Notes under the pieces: model-generated | Seen by the model: the letters and a program-made list of their open reading frames with translations, nothing else | Databases searched by the model: none | What the model was told of the DNA's origin: nothing | Assembly: GCA_002269645.1 (NCBI GenBank) | Contig: NIVC01000245.1 | Location: forward strand, 62,001 to 126,000 | Direction of reading: 5' to 3' | DNA from: Macrostomum lignano | Lineage: Eukaryota | DNA: 64,000 bases | Translations under genes and position numbers: made by a program | Part shown: positions 60,512 to 64,000 of the stretch, piece by piece | How positions within the stretch are numbered: position 1 is the stretch's first letter | How the letters are laid out: every line of letters starts with the position of its first letter

Positions 60512-61804
60512 CAACAATGCTCAACTTTGCAGCTGCGCTGCGGAATCCGTCACCTAGCTGCCAGCATTCGATCTGGCCAATACAGATTGGCATCGTCAAT
60601 TGCTAGTGATACTACTAATAGAAGCAACAGTAGTAGTAGAAATGAAAGAATGTCATCTAGCCATAAGAAATTCACCGTATCAGTTGAAGGCAACATTGGT
60701 TCGGGCAAGAGCACTATGCTGGAGTATTTCTCGTCATTAAAATCAGCTCAGGGTATAGTTGAGTCCATACCCGAACCCATTGACAAGTGGTGCAACCTAG
60801 CCGGCGTAAATCTGTTAGAACGATTGTACACCGATCCTAAACGATGGTTCTTTTCGTTTAATTTGTACTGCATGCTGACTAGACTAGATATGCACCGGTT
60901 TGTCACACATCGGCCGGTGAAGATGCTGGAACGATCGGTGTACACCGCTCGGTTCTGTTTTATGACCAATGCCGTCAATCAGGGACTGTTGAATTCCGCT
61001 GAGATGCAGGTGCTGGATTGTTATTATCGCAGTCTGCTCACTGGACAGTGGGCTGAGCACCTTCGTGTGAGTGTTGAGCTCATTAATTTCTATCGTTACT
61101 TTGTTGTGAGCCATTCTATTTCTCTGTTATGAGCCATTCTATTTCTCTGTCATAAGCCATTCTATTTCTCTGTTATGAGCCATTTTATTTCTCTGTTGTG
61201 AGCCATTCTATTTCTCTATCGTAAGCCATTCTATTTCTGTCATGAGCCATTCTATTTCTCTGTCATAAGCCATTCTATTTCTCTGTTATGAGCCATTTTA
61301 TTTCTCTGTTGTGAGCCATTCTATTTCTCTATCGTAAGCCATTCTATTTCTGTCATGAGCCATTCTATTTCTCTGTCATGAGCCAATCTATTTCTCACCC
61401 TCTTTCTTCTATAAAATATCTTTCCAAATTTACATTACATTACACTCGCCTAACCACAAACCATCGCCAATCAGGTTGACCTCTATGTGTACCTTCGCTG
61501 CCCGCCCGAAATCTGTTTTAATCGCGTTAAACTTCGCAATCGAAGCGAAGAATCCGCAGGCGTAACTCTGTCTCTGTTGGAGAACCTGCACCAGCTGCAT
61601 GAGCAGTGGCTGCTCGATGACCAATCAGCTGATCGACCGAACGCTCCGGTTCTTGTGTTGGACGCCAGCCAAGATTTAAACGATATGAAGAGTCAGTGGG
61701 ACCGGCATATGCCTGCAATACTGTTTGATCAGCACCTGTCCAAGGATAGTTGTCTTGGCAACCAGAAGCCAGGTTATGTGCTGGCTAAAAGTTGCGACTC
61801 TTAA
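60512..61804 (+). CDS. TK2: Deoxynucleoside kinase (TK2 / Drosophila dNK family); exon 1 ends at 61066, exon 2 is 61475-61804; first in-frame ATG after the minisatellite at 60650, with an upstream in-frame presequence-like extension from 60512/60533
   Basis: P-loop VEGNIGSGKST, EPIDKW, ERS motif (MLERSVYTARFCF), LID-like YLRCPPEICFNRVKLRNRSEE. Intron CGT|GTGAGT ... AATCAG|GTT is phase 0. Confidence 0.92.
61110..61395. repeat. ~23-bp minisatellite (AGCCATTCTATTTCTCTGTTATG)n in the TK2/dNK intron
   Basis: Tandem copies. Confidence 0.9.
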
Positions 61805-61857
61805 TGCTGTTTTATTTGAAGAACTAAAAGTTCGGTTTGGTTGATTCGGTTCGTTTG

Positions 61858-63385
61858 AAACGGGTGGTTCTAATAGTGAACAGGTGGTTCTGGGAGTGAA
61901 CAGGTGGTTCTAGTAGTGAACAGGTGGTTCTGGGAGTGAACAGGTGGTTCTAGTAGTGAACAGGTGGTTCTAGTAGTGAACAGGTGGTTCTAGTAGTGAA
62001 CAGGTGGTTCTAGTAGTGAACAGGTGGTTCTAGTAGTGAACAGGTGGTTCTAGTAGTGAACAGGTGGTTCTAGTAGTGAACAGGTGGTTCTAGTAGTGAA
62101 CAGGTGGTTCTAGTAGTGAACAGGTGGTTCTAGTAGTGAACAGGCAGTTCTGGGAGTGAACAGGTGGTTCTGAGAGTGAACAGATGGTTCTGAGAGTGAA
62201 CAGATGGTTCTGGGAGTGAACAGGTGGTTCTAGTAGTGAACAGGTGGTTCTAGTAGTGAACAGGTGGTTCTAGTAGTGAACAGGTGGTTCTAGTAGTGAA
62301 CAGGTGGTTCTAGTAGTGAACAGGTGGTTCTAGTAGTGAACAGGTGGTTCTAGTAGTGAACAGGCAGTTCTGGGAGTGAACAGGTGGTTCTGAGAGTGAA
62401 CAGATGGTTCTGAGAGTGAACAGATGGTTCTGGGAGTGAACAGGTGGTTCTAGTAGTGAACAGGTGGTTCTAGTAGTGAACAGGTGGTTCTAGTAGTGAA
62501 CAGGTGGTTCTAGTAGTGAACAGGCAGTTCTGGGAGTGAACAGGTGGTTCTGAGAGTGAACAGATGGTTCTGAGAGTGAACAGATGGTTCTGGGAGTGAA
62601 CATGTGGTTCTGGGAGTGAACAGGTGGTTCTGAGAGTGAACAGGTAGTTCTGAGAGTGAACAGATGGTTCTGAGAGTGAACATGTGGTTCTGGGAGTGAA
62701 CAGGTGGTTCTGAGAGTGAACAGGTAGTTTTGAGAGTGAACAGGTAGTTCTGGGAGTGAACAGGTGGTTCTGGGAGTGAACAGGTGGTTCTAGTAGTGAA
62801 CAGGTGGTTCTAGTAGTGAACAGGCAGTTCTGGGAGTGAACAGGTGGTTCTGAGAGTGAACAGATGGTTCTGAGAGTGAACAGATGGTTTTAGTAGTGAA
62901 CAGGTGGTTCTAGTAGTGAACAGGTGGTTCTAGTAGTGAACAGGTGGTTCTAGTAGTGAACAGGTGGTTCTAGTAGTGAACGGGTGGTTCTAGTAGTGAA
63001 CAGGTGGTTCTAGTAGTGAACAGGTGGTTCTAGTAGTGAACAGGTGGTTCTAGTAGTGAACAGGTGGTTCTAGGAGTGAACAGGTGGTTCTGAGAGTGAA
63101 CAGGTGGTTCTGAGAGTGAACAGATGGTTCTGGGAGTGAACAGGTGGTTCTGGGAGTGAACAGGTGGTTTTGAGAGTGAACAGGTGGTTCTGAGAGTGAA
63201 CAGGTGGTTTTGAGAGTGAACAGGTAGTTCTGGGAGTGAACAGGTGGTTCTGAGAGTGAACAGGTGGTTCTGAGAGTGAACAGGTAGTTCTGAGAGTGAA
63301 CAGGTTGTTCTGGGAGTGAGCAGGTAGTTCTGAGAGTGAACAGGTGGTTCTGGGAGTGAGCAGGTGGTTCTGGGAGTGAACAGAT
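61858..63385. repeat. 20-bp minisatellite (GTGAACAGGTGGTTCT + AGTA/GGGA/GAGA)n downstream of TK2/dNK
   Basis: About 75 units with interspersed variants. Confidence 0.97.
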
Positions 63386-64000
63386 GATTCCGAGAGTGAG
63401 CAGCTTTTTAAATTTATAACCTATTTGTTATATTTTGTTAAACCTGGTGATGGAATGGACAGTGAGCTTTACTTAGCAGTCAATCATTAATATTGCAATT
63501 GTTATAATTTTTTAGAGTTGATAATTTTATTGGCGTACTAATTAATATTAATAATATTAATAATACTAAAATCATGACTTTATTTTTTGGCACATGAACT
63601 TGCACTCTTTTCACTATTTTTGGTGTTGTTTTTGATAATATTTTCTAGCCATTCTCTAGCATACGCAATCACTGTCACTAAATTAGTCAACCAATATGAC
63701 CACTAAGTTTTATTCTAGCATCCAATGCATTGTTGTGCAGCAATTGTAGGGGTTGAGCTATTTTATGATGATACTGAAATAAATTTGAATTTATTTTTCT
63801 TCTACTATGTCCATATTTTTGCAAAGCAATTGCAAAGCAAAGCAATTTTCAAATAATTACAGTAGCTTGAAAGCGAATATCTGTCTTGTATATTGGATAT
63901 ACTTGAAAACTCGATTAAAACGCCAATCGTTAATCACACCATCTTTTCTGGGGCAATATTCAGTTGGCAAGCAATTATTCATTTCCGCTCTAAGTCTGAG

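Overview
Eukaryotic (metazoan) genomic DNA with spliced genes. The style is GC-rich, low-complexity exons, AT-rich introns and a different minisatellite in almost every long intron, which resembles the free-living flatworm Macrostomum; this taxon call is an inference. Six protein-coding genes can be reconstructed by hand: (1) a MECOM/PRDM16/EGL-43/Hamlet-type zinc-finger factor on the minus strand (~4.4-9.6 kb, 5' end unresolved); (2) an LRCH-like LRR + calponin-homology gene (28.4-42.4 kb, 7 exons, 531 aa); (3-4) a head-to-head pair of NHL/beta-propeller genes forming a 744-bp-arm palindrome, with a near-identical core but divergent termini (42.8-44.9 kb); (5) a SHARK/HTK16-type SH2-ANK-SH2 tyrosine-kinase-fold gene with degenerate catalytic motifs (predicted pseudokinase, 52.2-58.1 kb, 808 aa); (6) a TK2/dNK deoxynucleoside kinase (60.5-61.8 kb) whose mitochondrial-presequence-like N-terminus has no in-frame ATG of its own but sits behind in-frame splice acceptors. 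About 20 tandem arrays, tRNA-derived SINEs, several non-autonomous DNA transposons (Chapaev/CMC-like, hAT-like, Helitron-like) and a Merlin transposase remnant fill the rest. Most long ORFs in the supplied track are repeat-derived or antisense shadows. No CRISPR array, rRNA or intact tRNA gene was found. The strongest leads are the SHARK pseudokinase, the gene-converted NHL palindrome and possible spliced-leader-supplied AUG initiation of mitochondrial TK2.
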